Below are positions 27,210-41,709 of a stretch of 64,000 nt of DNA, in pieces. Within the stretch, counting starts at the first letter, position 1. Each line of letters starts with the position of its first letter. Location: assembly GCA_951406725.2 (NCBI GenBank), contig OX597815.1:98890001-98954000 (forward strand), given 5' to 3'. The DNA comes from Octopus vulgaris (Eukaryota). The translations under genes were made by a program, and so were the position numbers. The notes below the pieces were generated by a model. It had not been told where the DNA came from. It saw only the letters and a program-made list of their open reading frames with translations, and did not search any database.

Positions 27210-27668
27210 GGGAGAGTTTACGAAAAAAAAAAGACGAAGACAGGTGGTGTACAAAACAAACAGATGTATTAGTATAACGCTCAGGAATAGAAGTCTTTTA
27301 CGTTTCGAGCCTACGCTCTTCTACAGAAAGGGACATAGAAAAAAACAAGGACAGAAACATGTATGTAGTGGCTAACGGTCTATCATGACGACTAGTGCCG
27401 GACAGAAGGGTCAAACACAGGAAGGAAACTAGGGGAGATAACAAGGTAAAGATGACCCCCAACACAAAGGTGCATGTGTGTATAAGTGTGTATGTATGTG
27501 CGTGTGAAAGAGGGCTGGTCGTCTGGACGTGTGCGTGTATGTATGTGTAGGTGTGAAGATGTAGGGATGGGTGCGTGGGTGGTGTGTTGTGATGTGATGT
27601 GTAATGTTGTATGGTGTAGTGTGGTGTGGTGTGATGTTGTTGGGAGGTGGTGGAGGCGAGAGTGGGGA
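27210..27668 (-). mobile_element. Probable PLE pLTR-like repeat with a minimal hammerhead-like motif (27295-27330)
   Basis: Reverse complement CTTT-CTGTAGAA-GAGC-GTAG-GCTC-GAAAC-GTA-AAAG. Bounded by (TA)n. Confidence 0.55.
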
Positions 27669-27723
27669 ATATATATATATATATATATATATACAAATAT
27701 ATATATGTATATATATATATATA

Positions 27724-28389
27724 TAGCCTTAGTAAATAATAATTTTAAAATAAGTCAGAAACCATGGTCCGGGAATTAGATGGTAAATGTTTTTGTTTTT
27801 CATTCCCTTCGAGAATTTATCCCTAATCAGTGGTTTGGACTTTAACTGGTCTTTCTAGCGTAATGGATTCCTATGATGGAAGCCTCTTAATATGTTTTAA
27901 TGTACACTGTATTTTATATGAATAATATATAGTCTATTGACTAATTTTCTTGTACGCTAGGCCACTGGTATTAAACATTTGTATAATTTTTATTACCCTG
28001 ATATCATTTATTATGTTTAATGATTTCTGGTAGATTCGTTCAAAGTTTTTACCGGCATCCACTTGTTGCAGGCAAAAAAAGACTGCACTTGCGCAGTGGA
28101 TTAGAAAAAATTAAAATGTACGAGCAATGAGTTTGGCCTCGTTGTTTGTATATTTAATCTAAGGCGTCCCCGCTGGTGAAAACTTAGCCTTAGTAAATAA
28201 TAATTTTTATTTACTGAAATAAGTCATAAACCATGGTCCGGGAATTAGATGGTAAATGTTTTTGTTTTTCATTCCCTTCGAGAATTTATCCCTAATTAGT
28301 GGTTTGAACCTTAACTGGTCTTTCTAGCGTAATGGATTCCTATGATGGAAGCCTCTTAATGCGTTTTAATGTATACTGTATTTTATATA
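27724..28389 (+). mobile_element. Non-coding 469-bp-period partial tandem (about 1.4 units) with a decayed hammerhead; retrozyme/pLTR-like
   Basis: 27724-27918 repeats at 28185-28388. GAAAC-CATG-GTC-CGGG at 27758-27773; the second GTC is 469 nt downstream. Confidence 0.75.
28169..28242 (+). ncRNA. Mutated type I hammerhead ribozyme
   Basis: Stem I CCCG/CGGG. Core CTGGTGA (one change from CTGATGA). Stem II ACTTA/TAAGT plus TTAGTAAATA/TATTTACTGA. TAAAC (GAAAC in the upstream copy)-CATG-GTC. Confidence 0.65.
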
Positions 28390-28414
28390 AAGTATATATA
28401 TATATGTATATATT

Positions 28415-28645
28415 CCCGCTTTATTTTCGTATACATTCGCTGCTTTCTTCCAAGGAATCCAGTTTTTCCTTGGGGATAGCCACACTGGAGCAATTTCGAG
28501 TATAAACAGCCGAAATTGCAAAGATAACCTAGAACTCGACTGAAGAAAGAAAACTCCGAATGACCCGTCCTTGTTTTTTCTTGGCACCATGTCTGTATCA
28601 TCTGTCTAGATGTTTTGTTGCCCCCTTTTTTGCCTTCCTTTACAT
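28415..28645 (+). repeat. Dispersed repeat related to 43325-43797 (possible PLE terminal repeat)
   Basis: TATACATTCG...GCTTTCTTCCAAGG...GGAGCAAT...CAGCCGAAATTGC is shared with the reverse complement of 43380-43550. Confidence 0.65.
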
Positions 28646-29955
28646 ATATATAATAGTGTAAGAGAACAGCAAACGCTAAGGTAAGGCAAACATCTCAAGT
28701 CATATACATTATTATCACGGGAAACACCCATATTTTGTATATATATATATATATTGTATATCAAACTCAGGCGGTTATATCTAATATATTTATCCGCATA
28801 ATTTCCTCAATATCTGTTCGCCTTTATTCCTCTGATAGAAACTCATTACTCTGCAGAATTGATGCTCCGTACAGCCATGAGATTCTCTGTTCGAATCGTT
28901 TGAGCGCTAATAAGTGTTTACTATAACTAGTATCACTGGATCTCATCTGTTGACTATATGTGTGTGTGTGTGTCTGTCTACCTGTCTCTGTCTGTGTGTT
29001 TGTGTGTGTATGTGCGTGTGTTTGTGCGTGTGCGTGTCTGTGTGTTTGTATAGAAATATATATACACAAAAACATATATACACATAAATTCTCATATATA
29101 TACACATATATTCCTATACATGCAGACACTCATATATATACATAATACATCGAATACAGATACACACCCATAAATCCACACTCATCACTAAACCACATTA
29201 AATAATTTCATTGATGGGATCTGCTGGATTTAAAGATTTCTGGACACTCTACATTACACTTCTCTTTATCAGAAAATTATGTTGAGTTTTAGCCGAATCC
29301 GAGTAAAGACCTTTCTGTAATATCCACAAGATTCCTGAATCCGTATCTTATACTACAAATTTATATGAACAAATATGTGTATCTATGTTTGAGTGTGTGC
29401 ATTCAAATAACCGCAGAAACTACAAAAAAAGTGACTCAAAGAACCGCTTGGCGAGTAAGACTCCATCCTTGAATGAGTTTTATAAATTCCTAGCTATTAC
29501 CGTATAAACAAATACAGTATATAGAATTCTGCTTCTTATGTTTGTTTCATCAGATCTAATCTCTCACAAGAAACATACACATATACCCTTAAACATTGTA
29601 TACATTATACATTATACAGGCGTATGTGCGCCTCTGAGTGTGTGTATGTGGTGGGTGCGTGTATTACATTAGGCTATCTTTCTCGTTTTAAAATGCGGAT
29701 AAAAAACTTCAGCGATCATATTCCAACTGCTTGAAGATTATATTTATAAGGAGACATTGGCTTCCAGCCATTTCCAGTATTGACAATTGTCCATCCGTTC
29801 TCATTCTTTTATAAATCTATTGCAGAAATATGTATCAACTTGTAATTATAAAGCATAGTGGCCTTTCTTACATGTATGAGTGTGTATATAAGGTAAACAA
29901 ACTAAAACGCACACCTTGACACATGCACATACATATATATATATGCACATACATA

Positions 29956-30008
<53 letters not shown>

Positions 30009-30098
30009 GTATGTATGTATGTATGTAAGTATGTATGTATGTATGTATGTATGTATGTATGTATGTATGTATGTATGTGTGTGTGCTCACATACACAA

Positions 30099-30141
<43 letters not shown>

Positions 30142-30638
30142 ACCAGATATATAGGTGTATATAAATATTTACTCCAAATAATGTACATATACTTTTGTAT
30201 ACACACACGTACACACACATACACACACACACAAGGACACGTACACACACACACAAACACACATACACTCATTTCCCTGTCCTTTAGGATTTCGGGTGTC
30301 TGTATATGTTTGTATGCCTATGTTTATGTGTGTTTGTGTGACGGTATATCCATGCGCATATTTTTTAAAACATCCTTTCAAAGAAGCGGCAAATTTTTGT
30401 AAAGGGATGTAAAATTATTTTTCGTAAAACATGACAGAAAAGCAACGGATTGGATTATGCAGTTATATATACCTACACACACACGCGCGCGCGCGCACAC
30501 ACAAACTCTAGGCAAACACACGTACGCACATACACACACACACACATGCACACACACATGCACACACATGCATATGTTCGAATGTCAATCAAGGAGTTGG
30601 CTCAACTCTTAGAAAAACAGTTAATTTTCGAACATATG

Positions 30639-30706
<68 letters not shown>

Positions 30707-30839
30707 TACATATACATACATACATACATACATATATATATACATATATATATATATGTATATATATGTATGTATATATATATGTATGTATATATATATA
30801 TATGTATGTATGTATATATATATATATATATGTATGTGC

Positions 30840-30870
<31 letters not shown>

Positions 30871-31074
30871 TAATGCACTTACAGGTATGAATATGTATCT
30901 TTGTATGTGTGTGTAGGCGCTTGCGCATGCATGTATATATGAATGCATATATATCAATCTTGCCTATACTTACATCTATCATGTTCTTGTATCTTTTGTG
31001 TGGTCGACATTTGTTTATTTTAACAGTAACTACCTGTCAGCATCATCATCATGATCAACATTATTATTATTATT

Positions 31075-31106
<32 letters not shown>

Positions 31107-31473
31107 ACACATTATTATCATTACTACTACTACTACTACTACTAACATTGTCGGAAAATGGGACGGTATCTTTCTTCCTTCTTGCCTTCGGTGTTTTCAA
31201 AAGTAAAATTTACGAAAAAATAAAACAACTTTTTTTATTCTTATTTCAAAATTGATGCTGAATTGAAAGGAAAGAGCAAACCAAAAGAACGAAGAAACTT
31301 CACCACAGGCGGGGATGGTTGTGTGTGTGTGCGTGTGTGTGTGTCTGAAATTGTGTGAGTGCGTATGTGCGTGTATGTGTGAGTGTATACGTATGTTAGT
31401 GTGCGCGTGTTCATGTATGTGCCTTGAAAGGGTCTCTGACTTCACTTCTTTTATTTTCATCATTGCTTAAGCA

Positions 31474-31522
<49 letters not shown>

Positions 31523-31645
31523 ATGATGATTATGATGATGATGATGATAATGATGATGATGCCGATGATCATGCTGGTCGTGATGATGATGATATGGCGG
31601 TAGTGGGCGTGGTGATGGTGGTGTTGATGATGAGTACGATGATGA
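31474..31645. repeat. (GAT)n microsatellite decaying into low-complexity sequence
   Basis: Direct reading. Confidence 0.9.
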
Positions 31646-32454
31646 AGAGGACAGTTATTGAAATAGTGACGATAACAGCCTTTGTACACAGTATAGTGGT
31701 GGTGGAGTAGGGTGATGAAGGAGAAGAGAAAGAGAAAGAGGAAAACGTCACAGAGGAGACGTCGAGGGGAGGACACTGGAAGTCTTTGATTCTGATAGTA
31801 GAGCAATTCGGCTTTCTGTTGCTATTGTTTTTTTTTCTTCTATTCAAATCTCGTCTGTTTCTTTTTTCTTCTCTCATTTTACTCTTTTTTACAATTTTGA
31901 AAACCAATTTCTATGCTTATTATAAACGAAAATAGCTGTTTAATACATCAACAAAAATAAAAAATGGCTCCTACCCATTTATAGAGGTAAAATATTTTGG
32001 TAAACAGATAGGCGAATACATCATATATCTATAACATATATGCACACAGTATTCTCAGCCACACAGATGCATTTCTATAAGCAAACACTCACAAGACACG
32101 CAAACGCATACGCAAGCAAACTCTTATACGTATGTGTGCGTGTGTGTGTGCATATTTGCAATTCATTTGTTTATTCTATATGTGTGTCTGTATGGGTGTA
32201 TATATGTCTGTGTGGCAGAGAGAGATTTTTTCTTTCCAAACAAATGGCAAAGTGAAGAATACACACATTTCAATTTCAATATAATTGTATACACAAACAC
32301 AAATATACATATACTCACACTTAGACATCCACCTACAAATACATACAAGCAGAGGCGCACACACACATATCTGTATGTGTTTATGCACTCGCACACAAAG
32401 CACACACACATATAGAAACTCGGACACAAACACATATATATATATATATGTGTG

Positions 32455-32513
<59 letters not shown>

Positions 32514-32923
32514 ATGTATGCATACTTGCTAAATAACTTGGTTACAGAGAAACACATATTACATAGATAAAGATAGATGTAAAGGATTCAGGCAATATTC
32601 ATTCGCAAATAATCAAAGACTTGAATTCAACAAAGCAGAGCAATATTTGAAAATATATTTTGAAAACTAAAATACCTATTTTTCTTTTGTAACATTTCTT
32701 CGATATTGATATACTGCATACATATGTACGTATACCTTTTAAAACTTTGCCATATTAAATAAAACTTTTTTGTATATAAAAACAGGATATATGATTTCAA
32801 ATTTACAATGTGCTCCTAGAAACGTCCGTATACAAATGTATAAATACATATGCATGTATACATTTTTCTATACCTGTCACTGCAAAGATTATATTTGCAT
32901 GTATATATATACATACATATATA

Positions 32924-33051
<128 letters not shown>

Positions 33052-33755
33052 ATATATATTTTTACATGTATATCTATATACAAGATGTATTCTGCGTTGT
33101 TGGTAAAGTTATGCATCGATTTTCATAATCAAATACTTTGTAATATCATATATCCAACATGTGCGTATGTGTGATTGATGCGACGTATATATGTGTGTGT
33201 GTGTGCGTGTGTTTGTGTGTGTTTGTGTGTGTGTGTGTGTGTTTATATGTGAGTGGGTGTCGGTGGATGTAAAATGTATATACATAGATATATGGATGGA
33301 AGAATGGATGGATGGATGGATGGATGGATGGATGGATGGATGCTAGGAACTGCGAAACCGTCTACTATATAAAAAATGAATGTTGGAGAACTAAAAACTA
33401 ATGATGAGTAAGTCTGTGTGAGAATAATAACGGAATCTTTAATAAGTTCAAAACATGCATCCATAGTAACATTATAAAAACAATCTTTAAAAAGAAAAGC
33501 CTGTCATTTTGAATAAAAAGTTTAATCCCTTAATATGATGCTGTATGCATACATACAGGAAAACATTGCCTATCGGAAAGTATGTATGTGGGGGCAGAAA
33601 ACCAAGGGCTCCTAATATTACTGCTCTGTACTCGACTAACTCTTCTTTTAGAAGCAAAAGTATATTGAGTTCTACATCAGGATATTGGTGTCGCAAAGCG
33701 AAATATTAAAATGCAATTATAAGTATAAATGTATGTCGATGTGTTTATGTATGCA

Positions 33756-34665
33756 TTGAGTCATCCCATAAATAATGCGGTTTTTTCAATTGCATGAAGT
33801 AAAAACCGGAGGGGGACGGCATAAATTACCTGAATCAACTTGCTATAAAGCGGGTAGTAATTTTACCTCGTACTTATTCTTAGTGCAAGATTTGAAGAGT
33901 GCAATTCGATATTAACAGCTGTTTTTTCAATGCTATAATAGAAGTGACAAAGGAGCATATTCGTTATATTTTGCTTTATCAGTTCAGCAAAGGCAACAAC
34001 GCAACGGAAAGTGCGAGGAATATTAATGCAGTATATGTGGATCGGACAATAAGCGAAAGCCAATTTCAACGGTGGTTCCAGAAATTCGCAGCCGGAAACT
34101 ACACTCACGTCTTCACTCACGTAAGGTGTTGTTACCCGTTTGGTGGGATACGAAAGGTTTAGTCCACTTTGAACTTTTAAACACAAATCAAACGATAACA
34201 AAGTAGGTCTGCTGCGAGCAGCTTGAGTGGCTTAAGTCAGAGCTAGAAGAAAAAATGACCATCTTTGGTTTCAAGACGAAAGGTGTTCTTCCATCAAATA
34301 ATGCTCGGCCACATACAGTGAGGATGACATTCCCAAGACTGGAGGAGTTTGAATGAGAAATGATGCCCTACCCACAATATTCGGCGGACATTGCCGCATC
34401 CGATATTATCATTAATTCTGCAGTCTTCAAAATCATTTGGGCGGTAAAAATATGTATTCCGTAGACGGAATCAGAACACTACTGGGGGAGTATTTTTCGT
34501 TACGGACAAGTGAATTTTGGAAAATGGGTCTTGCAATTCTACTACATAGATGAAAGACCTTTCTGGAAAATGAAGGAGAGTATATTTTAGATTAAAAAAA
34601 CTTTATCTTAATTTTGAAAAATAAAAGAAATATCAAAAAACCGCATTATTTATGATATGACCCCA
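33756..34665 (+). mobile_element. Internally deleted mariner transposon with both TIRs
   Basis: TIRs TTGAGTCATCCCATAAATAATGCGGTTTTTT / AAAAAACCGCATTATTTATGATATGACCCCA-TA. KEHIRYILLYQFSKGNNATESARNINAVY...QRWFQKF, then NARPHT, YSADIA and ENEGEYILD*. Confidence 0.9.
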
Positions 34666-35293
34666 TACGTATGTACATGTATGCATTTCTCTGCGTTTCT
34701 GATGACCATAAAACTAAACCAATTTACACAAATGTATCTCCAACTCTTATATAAATGCATATAGGTACATAAACATACAGGTATATGTATATTTGAGTTG
34801 CTGCTTCACATCCTAACAGATACTCATTTCAATGTATACTCACAAAATATCCATTGAAGTTATGCATAGTGTCTTGTTTCATTCGCGTACAACTATGAGT
34901 ATATCCATACATCAAAGCCAAACATACGTACTCCTTCTCACGCACTCTCACACACACGCGCGCACACACACACATACATACATACATACATACATACATA
35001 CATACATACATACATACATACATACATACACTCACCTACATGGCCACATTCACTCATTGAAGAACAGGTTTCGAAAATGCGCGTACGTAGCCATATACAA
35101 CATTCACACTGACACATATAAGTATATGTATGTTAAGAAACGTATGTGTGTGATGTGACTGTGTATACAGAGAAATATCGATCTCCACGAATATATAAAT
35201 ATACAAACATAGACACAAGTACATATATGTATACATATACAAATATATACATACATATATATAAATATATGAAGAAATACGTACATATGCATA

Positions 35294-35334
<41 letters not shown>

Positions 35335-35805
35335 GTGCATGCAAATGCGCAGGCGTCTACACTTTACACAATTATTTCTATCGCAGCAAAGTATACATGT
35401 ATTTGTACAGATACAATTATTTGTATGGAAAAATCCTGATAGACACTGGAAACTTCTTGCGAAAATATCAGAAAACACATATCCGTGAAGTGAAATAAGA
35501 GTCGGTAATTTGATAATCGCTGAATGGGTTCGATTTATTATTTGAGATTATATCTACAAATGGCACCGCCATAGATCGTTCTGATTTTCTAGGTACTTTT
35601 GGGTGTTAGACTGTGCAAAACCAGGCAAACTTGGTTAAAACATGTTACGAAATGAAAGAAAGAAGGAAGGCGCATGCGAGTGAATACGCATAGGCGAGTC
35701 TGTGTATATGTAGTTGTGTATTTGGTTTATTTCTTTGTTTGTGTGTTTTAATATGCGTGTCCATATATGCCATATATAGTTACATGAATATATGTATGTA
35801 TATAC

Positions 35806-35838
<33 letters not shown>

Positions 35839-36164
35839 TGTATGTATGTATGTATGTATGTATGTATATATATATACATATTTATACAAACACATTAATA
35901 TACAGGCATACTCATATACAGGCATATACAGAGGATATATATATATAGAGAGAGAGAGATACATACATACATACATGATTATATACATACGTATATACGT
36001 ACACACATATACATAAGATACACACACATATATATATATATATATACATATATATCTATACATACATATATATATAATTACATGCATACGCATATCTATA
36101 TATACGAGTATATACATATGCATATATATATACATATGAATATATATATATATACATACATACG

Positions 36165-36195
<31 letters not shown>

Positions 36196-36214
36196 TTATA
36201 TATGTATATATATG

Positions 36215-36310
<96 letters not shown>

Positions 36311-36346
36311 GATATAGATAAATACATAGATATATATATCCAAAGA

Positions 36347-36378
<32 letters not shown>

Positions 36379-36851
36379 GATATAGATAAATACATAGATA
36401 TATATATCCAAAGATATATATATCTTTTTATCCATATATTTATGTATATACGCATACATACATGTATAGTAAGGTATATATAGATATGGGTACAGAAATA
36501 GACATATACTAATATGATAAAAAGCTAGAAAATATTGAATCTATATTATGTTTCCGTATCAGATTATTTTTGTTTATTTTATGTATGAGCATATATATTT
36601 TGTTGGACATGTTTCTAATTTTTTTTTGTTCTGATATGTGCGGTCTTCTTTTATCTTGGAAACTGCTTGTTTCATTCTGTATAAAACAAAATGGACTGAA
36701 AATTCAGCAGATTTATTGTAATGTACCAAATTTGTTTATCGTCTCTGTTTCCACACTTTCCTTCTTTTTTATTTTTTTCACGATAGAATCTGCATAAACC
36801 GACAACACCGTTTTTATTAATATTATCTGCCGCCGTTGAAACGAAAAAGAA

Positions 36852-37199
<348 letters not shown>

Positions 37200-37760
37200 G
37201 GTATGAGAGAGCAGTGAATGCCATCAAAGTGACGTGACACTGGGTTAAAATATACGAAGCCCAGTATACCCATCATGACTATCCGTCTGATAAGCATACA
37301 CTGGGCACATGCATCACTACCATATGTGCGCGACATGATGATCTCATATCAAGATAAACAGCGCATGGCCTTGCAGGTGGGGCCCACTTAAAATTTTCTT
37401 GTGGTCGGGTAACCCATCCTGCTCAAAAGGTCCCTGAATAAGGGTTGTTTGAGGATGTTGAACGAAACACCCATGTTTCCAGAGGTAAATTATTCAAACC
37501 CCAAAGAATCCCTCTCAACACATGGCTATGATGCTCCCCAACTACTTCTGCTCGTAATCAGAGATGCACACATCGTCAGCCACCAAGGGACATGCTCAAA
37601 CCGATTAAGGTCAAACAACTGACAAGCAAATCTGTGGTATTGAGCAGAATATTTGCTGTAGCCCATCTCTTATACTAAAACAAACCAATGTACATGATAA
37701 CACTTCCAATCAGTTAAGATCAGAAGCCACGAGAGCCACTGCCTGGTACTGCATCAGGGC

Positions 37761-37764
<4 letters not shown>
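37200..37764. mobile_element. Non-coding element of about 560 bp inserted in (ATT)n, copy 1
   Basis: Highly similar to 39900-40440 and 56500-57041; all are flanked by ATT repeats. Confidence 0.85.
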
Positions 37765-37832
<68 letters not shown>

Positions 37833-37964
37833 CATTATTATTATTATTATCAATATTATTATTATTGCTATTGTTGTTGTTATTATCATTATTATTATTG
37901 TTGTTGTTGTTGTTATTGTTCTTGTTGTTATTGTTGTTATTGTTGTTATTATTATTATTATTGC

Positions 37965-37996
<32 letters not shown>

Positions 37997-38116
37997 CTGT
38001 TGTTGTTGTAGTTATTATCATTATTATAATTATTGTTGTTAGTGTTTAAATATGCGTGTCCATATATGCCTTATATAGTTACATGAATATGTGTATATTT
38101 GTATATATTGTTGTTA

Positions 38117-38205
<89 letters not shown>

Positions 38206-39800
38206 GTCTTTGCACAGCTTCTAACGCTTAAGATGTACTACGGTGTCAGCTGTTCACTACCAGTGATCTAAGGTGGCACCTCTTACTTTGCGAGTGCTTT
38301 CCGGTGTATTCGAGCGGTTCCAAGCAGTGCTGTTTTCTGCAAGTTCCTGCAAGTGTCCACCCTTATTGCAGCCCCTATTTGTTCCATGTATTTCTCGAGA
38401 TTTTTACTCACCGTTGCCAGGGCTCCGACATTTACTGGTACCTTCTTCATCGACCACAACTGCTTTACCTTCCAAGCTAACCTGTCATACCTATCGAACG
38501 AATTTTCTTTCTCCCTTATCGCATAGCTTGTTTTCAGCTGGGTATGCTATATCTATGATCCAGCATAGTTTGCTTTCTTTCTCAATTAAGACTATCTCTG
38601 GCCTCCTGTTCTCTATCTGATTGTCTCACTGAAGCATAAAATCCCACAGGATCTTTGTATTATCATTTTCAATGAGGCCTTCGGGTTTGTGGTCGTACCA
38701 ATTTTTTGCTCTGTCCAGACCATATTTGTTGCAAAGTGTCTTGATATATTGTCGTGGCGTCTCTTATATTCCCTCTGGACTACTGGCGTACATTGACTGG
38801 TAATATGCCATACGGTTTCACCATTTTGTCCATAGATTCTGCACTTATCTCTTTCTGATGTGTTGTCTGATCTGTATTTTCTGTAGTTTATTCTTAGTGA
38901 TTACTCTTGGGCAGCACAGATTAGCCTCCGTTTCCGGTTTTAAATCAATTTTAGTCATCCACAGCCATCTTTTTTCTCTGTCTGTCTTATCTTCAACATC
39001 CCTATGAAATTGTACACTCATTCATTTCTTTACCTATCTATTTTTATTCGTTTCCAGTTGCTTTTACTTTGCTTTGTCTTTGCAATTTTTCATCCTACAC
39101 TGGCCTGACCTTCTTACTTCTAATAATAGAGGTTCATTGGCATTTTTTAGATACCATGCTATGTTGCTCTAATGAAGTGTTCGCATCCAATAAATACTGT
39201 TCCACTTCTTTTTCTTGGTACATATACACTGTCTGTGTCCTTTTTTGAGGTGGAGTGTCCCATATCTACTTAACAATTTCATTTGTCTTTCTGTCTAAGC
39301 TGTTTAGTTCGTCTACTGTCCATGCAAGTACCCCTATTCTATATCTAAGGAGTGAAACCGCCCCGGTAGCTTCAATTTTATTCCATCCGTTTAATTTTGA
39401 CTTAAGGATCAGTCTCAGTCTGCGCAAGTACTCCATCTTAAATTTTTCTGTATTTTCTTTCTCCAGCAATTTATCCATTTCCAAAATACCCAAGTACTTA
39501 TCGCTCGTCTCTTCTATCTCCCTCATAACATCCCCGAGGGTATCGATAGCCCGTCCATGCATTTGATTTTGCCTCCCTTGAAGACTAACACACCACACTT
39601 TCTCAGTCGGAACTCCATTCTGATATCAGCACTCAAAATATACACTGTATCAACGAGGGAACTGACTTGGGCTTCATCTTTACCATAATGTTTGAAGTTA
39701 TCCATGAATAACAGAAGGTTGATTTTTGTTGGCGGCTTTTGAATACATACCCAGCTTTTGCTTTCCTCAGAATCAGTGTCAGTGGTATCAAGCACAGTAA
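38206..39800 (-). mobile_element. 5'-truncated R4/Dong-like RLE LINE in (TAA)n
   Basis: LLFMDNFKHYG (RT), KYLGILE, RLILKSKLNGWNKI, KCRIYGQNGETVWHI (zinc knuckle) and an RPDIVLI-type RLE motif. The 3' end runs into (AAT)n. Confidence 0.85.
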
Positions 39801-39835
39801 ATTCTTATTATTATTATTATTTATTTTATTATTAA

Positions 39836-39899
<64 letters not shown>

Positions 39900-40440
39900 G
39901 AGTGAGAGAGCAGTGCATGCCATAAAAGTGACTCTGGGGTAAAATATACGAAGCTCTGCATACCCATCATGACTACCCGTCTGATAAAAGTACACTAGAC
40001 ACATGCATCACAACCATATGTGCGCCACATTCTGGTCTCATATCAAGATAAACAGAGCGTGATCTTGCAGGTAGGGCCCAGTTAGAATTTTCTTCTGGTC
40101 GAGTAAACCATCCCGCTCAAAAGGCCCTGAATAAGGGTTTTTAAGGATGTTTAACGAAACACCCATCTTTCCAGAGGTGAATTATTCAGACCCCAAAGAA
40201 TCCCTCTCAACACATAGCTATGATGCTCCCCCACTACATCTGCTCGTGATCAGAGATGCACATATCGTCAGCCACTAAGGGACATGCTCAAGTTGTTACG
40301 GTCAAACAACTGACAGGCAAATCTGGGGTATTGAGCAGAATATTTGATGTAGCCCATCTTTTATACCAAGACAAAACAATATGCATGATAATACTTCCAA
40401 TCAGTTAAGATGAGAAGCCACGAGAGCCACTACTTGGTAC
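39900..40440. mobile_element. Non-coding element of about 560 bp inserted in (ATT)n, copy 2
   Basis: Similarity to copies 1 and 3. Confidence 0.85.
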
Positions 40441-40458
40441 TTATTATTATTATTACTA

Positions 40459-40571
<113 letters not shown>

Positions 40572-40615
40572 GTTGTTGTTGTTGTTGTTGTTATTAATAT
40601 TATTGTTGTTGTTAT

Positions 40616-41060
40616 AGCACCAAGCTGGCAGGATTTCTACTGCGCTGAACGAAACGCTAACGGCATTTCTAACGGCTTTACGTTGTGTTCAAATTCCACC
40701 TAGGTATAGACTATGCCTTTCATTCTTTCAGGGTCAATCAAATAAAATACTAGTCATGTGCAGTGGTTAACGTAATCGACTTGCTCCATCCCTTCAAGAA
40801 TTGCTAGTTGTGTGCGAAAATTAGAAACAATTTGTATAATTATTATCAAGGCAGCGAGTTGGCAGAATCATTAGGACGCTGGACAAAATACTTCGCGGCA
40901 TGTCTTCCAGCTTTATGCTCTGAGTTTAAATACCGCCCGAGGTCGATTTTGCTTTTCACCCTTCAAGAGTCGAAGTACCAGTTGATTACTGAGGCCACTG
41001 TAATCGATTTACTCCTTTCCTCGAAATTTCAGTCCTTTTGCCTACTGCAGAATGGATTAA
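40616..41060 (+). mobile_element. Two tandem degenerate SINE family D copies (about 40616-40830 and 40849-41060)
   Basis: GGCAGCGAGTTGGCAGAATC...GAGTTTAAATACCGCCCGAGGTCGATTTTGCTTTTCACCC, like 57752. Confidence 0.7.
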
Positions 41061-41709
41061 TAACATTATCATTACCTTTGTTTGTGTTATTTTTAAACCA
41101 CTTATTCGCCTTCTCACAACATGAAAAAAAAAAAACCCAACAAAAAGCAACCGTTGTACACAAAAAACCCCCGAAAATTGTTGCCAAAGCAGAGATATGT
41201 TGAATACTAGTGAGTAAGTTATATAATGTTTTTACGAAGGTAAGGAAGGTTTTTCAGTCGTATATTGTCTTCTTGGTATAATCTTAATGATCTAAAATAC
41301 TTCAGCAAGGAACAATCCGCAAATATTTATGATTAAATGAAATGTGAGAGAAAAATGTATTGATTATTGCTCTTCTTATTATAGCTAATCAGGTTACCGT
41401 CTATGTTGTTGTTTTGTTTGTTGTCATAGTTTTTATTAATATTATTATTGATAATATTATTATTATCGATGTTGCTCCGGTGGTTTCTGCTGTTGTCGTT
41501 ATCATTCCTATTCTTACAGCGAATGCTTACCATACTTATGGAAAAGAGAAATAGCAATATCATACACAGATACAGATTCTATGCACCAGCCGACTAGTTG
41601 ATTTATGGAAAGAAATGCGTGCAGTAGCACCGGTGTGAGATCAATTACAGTTTGATTTAAATTTACCTTTTCTCATTCCAATATAACGAACTAAGTTCTG
41701 ATATTATTT

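Noticed and set aside
28535-28575. CTGAAGA...CGAAT...GTC as a hammerhead (also CTGATAA...CGAAT in the 43400 copy)
   Set aside because: GAAA is replaced by GAAT in both copies and I could not form stem I or a good stem II.
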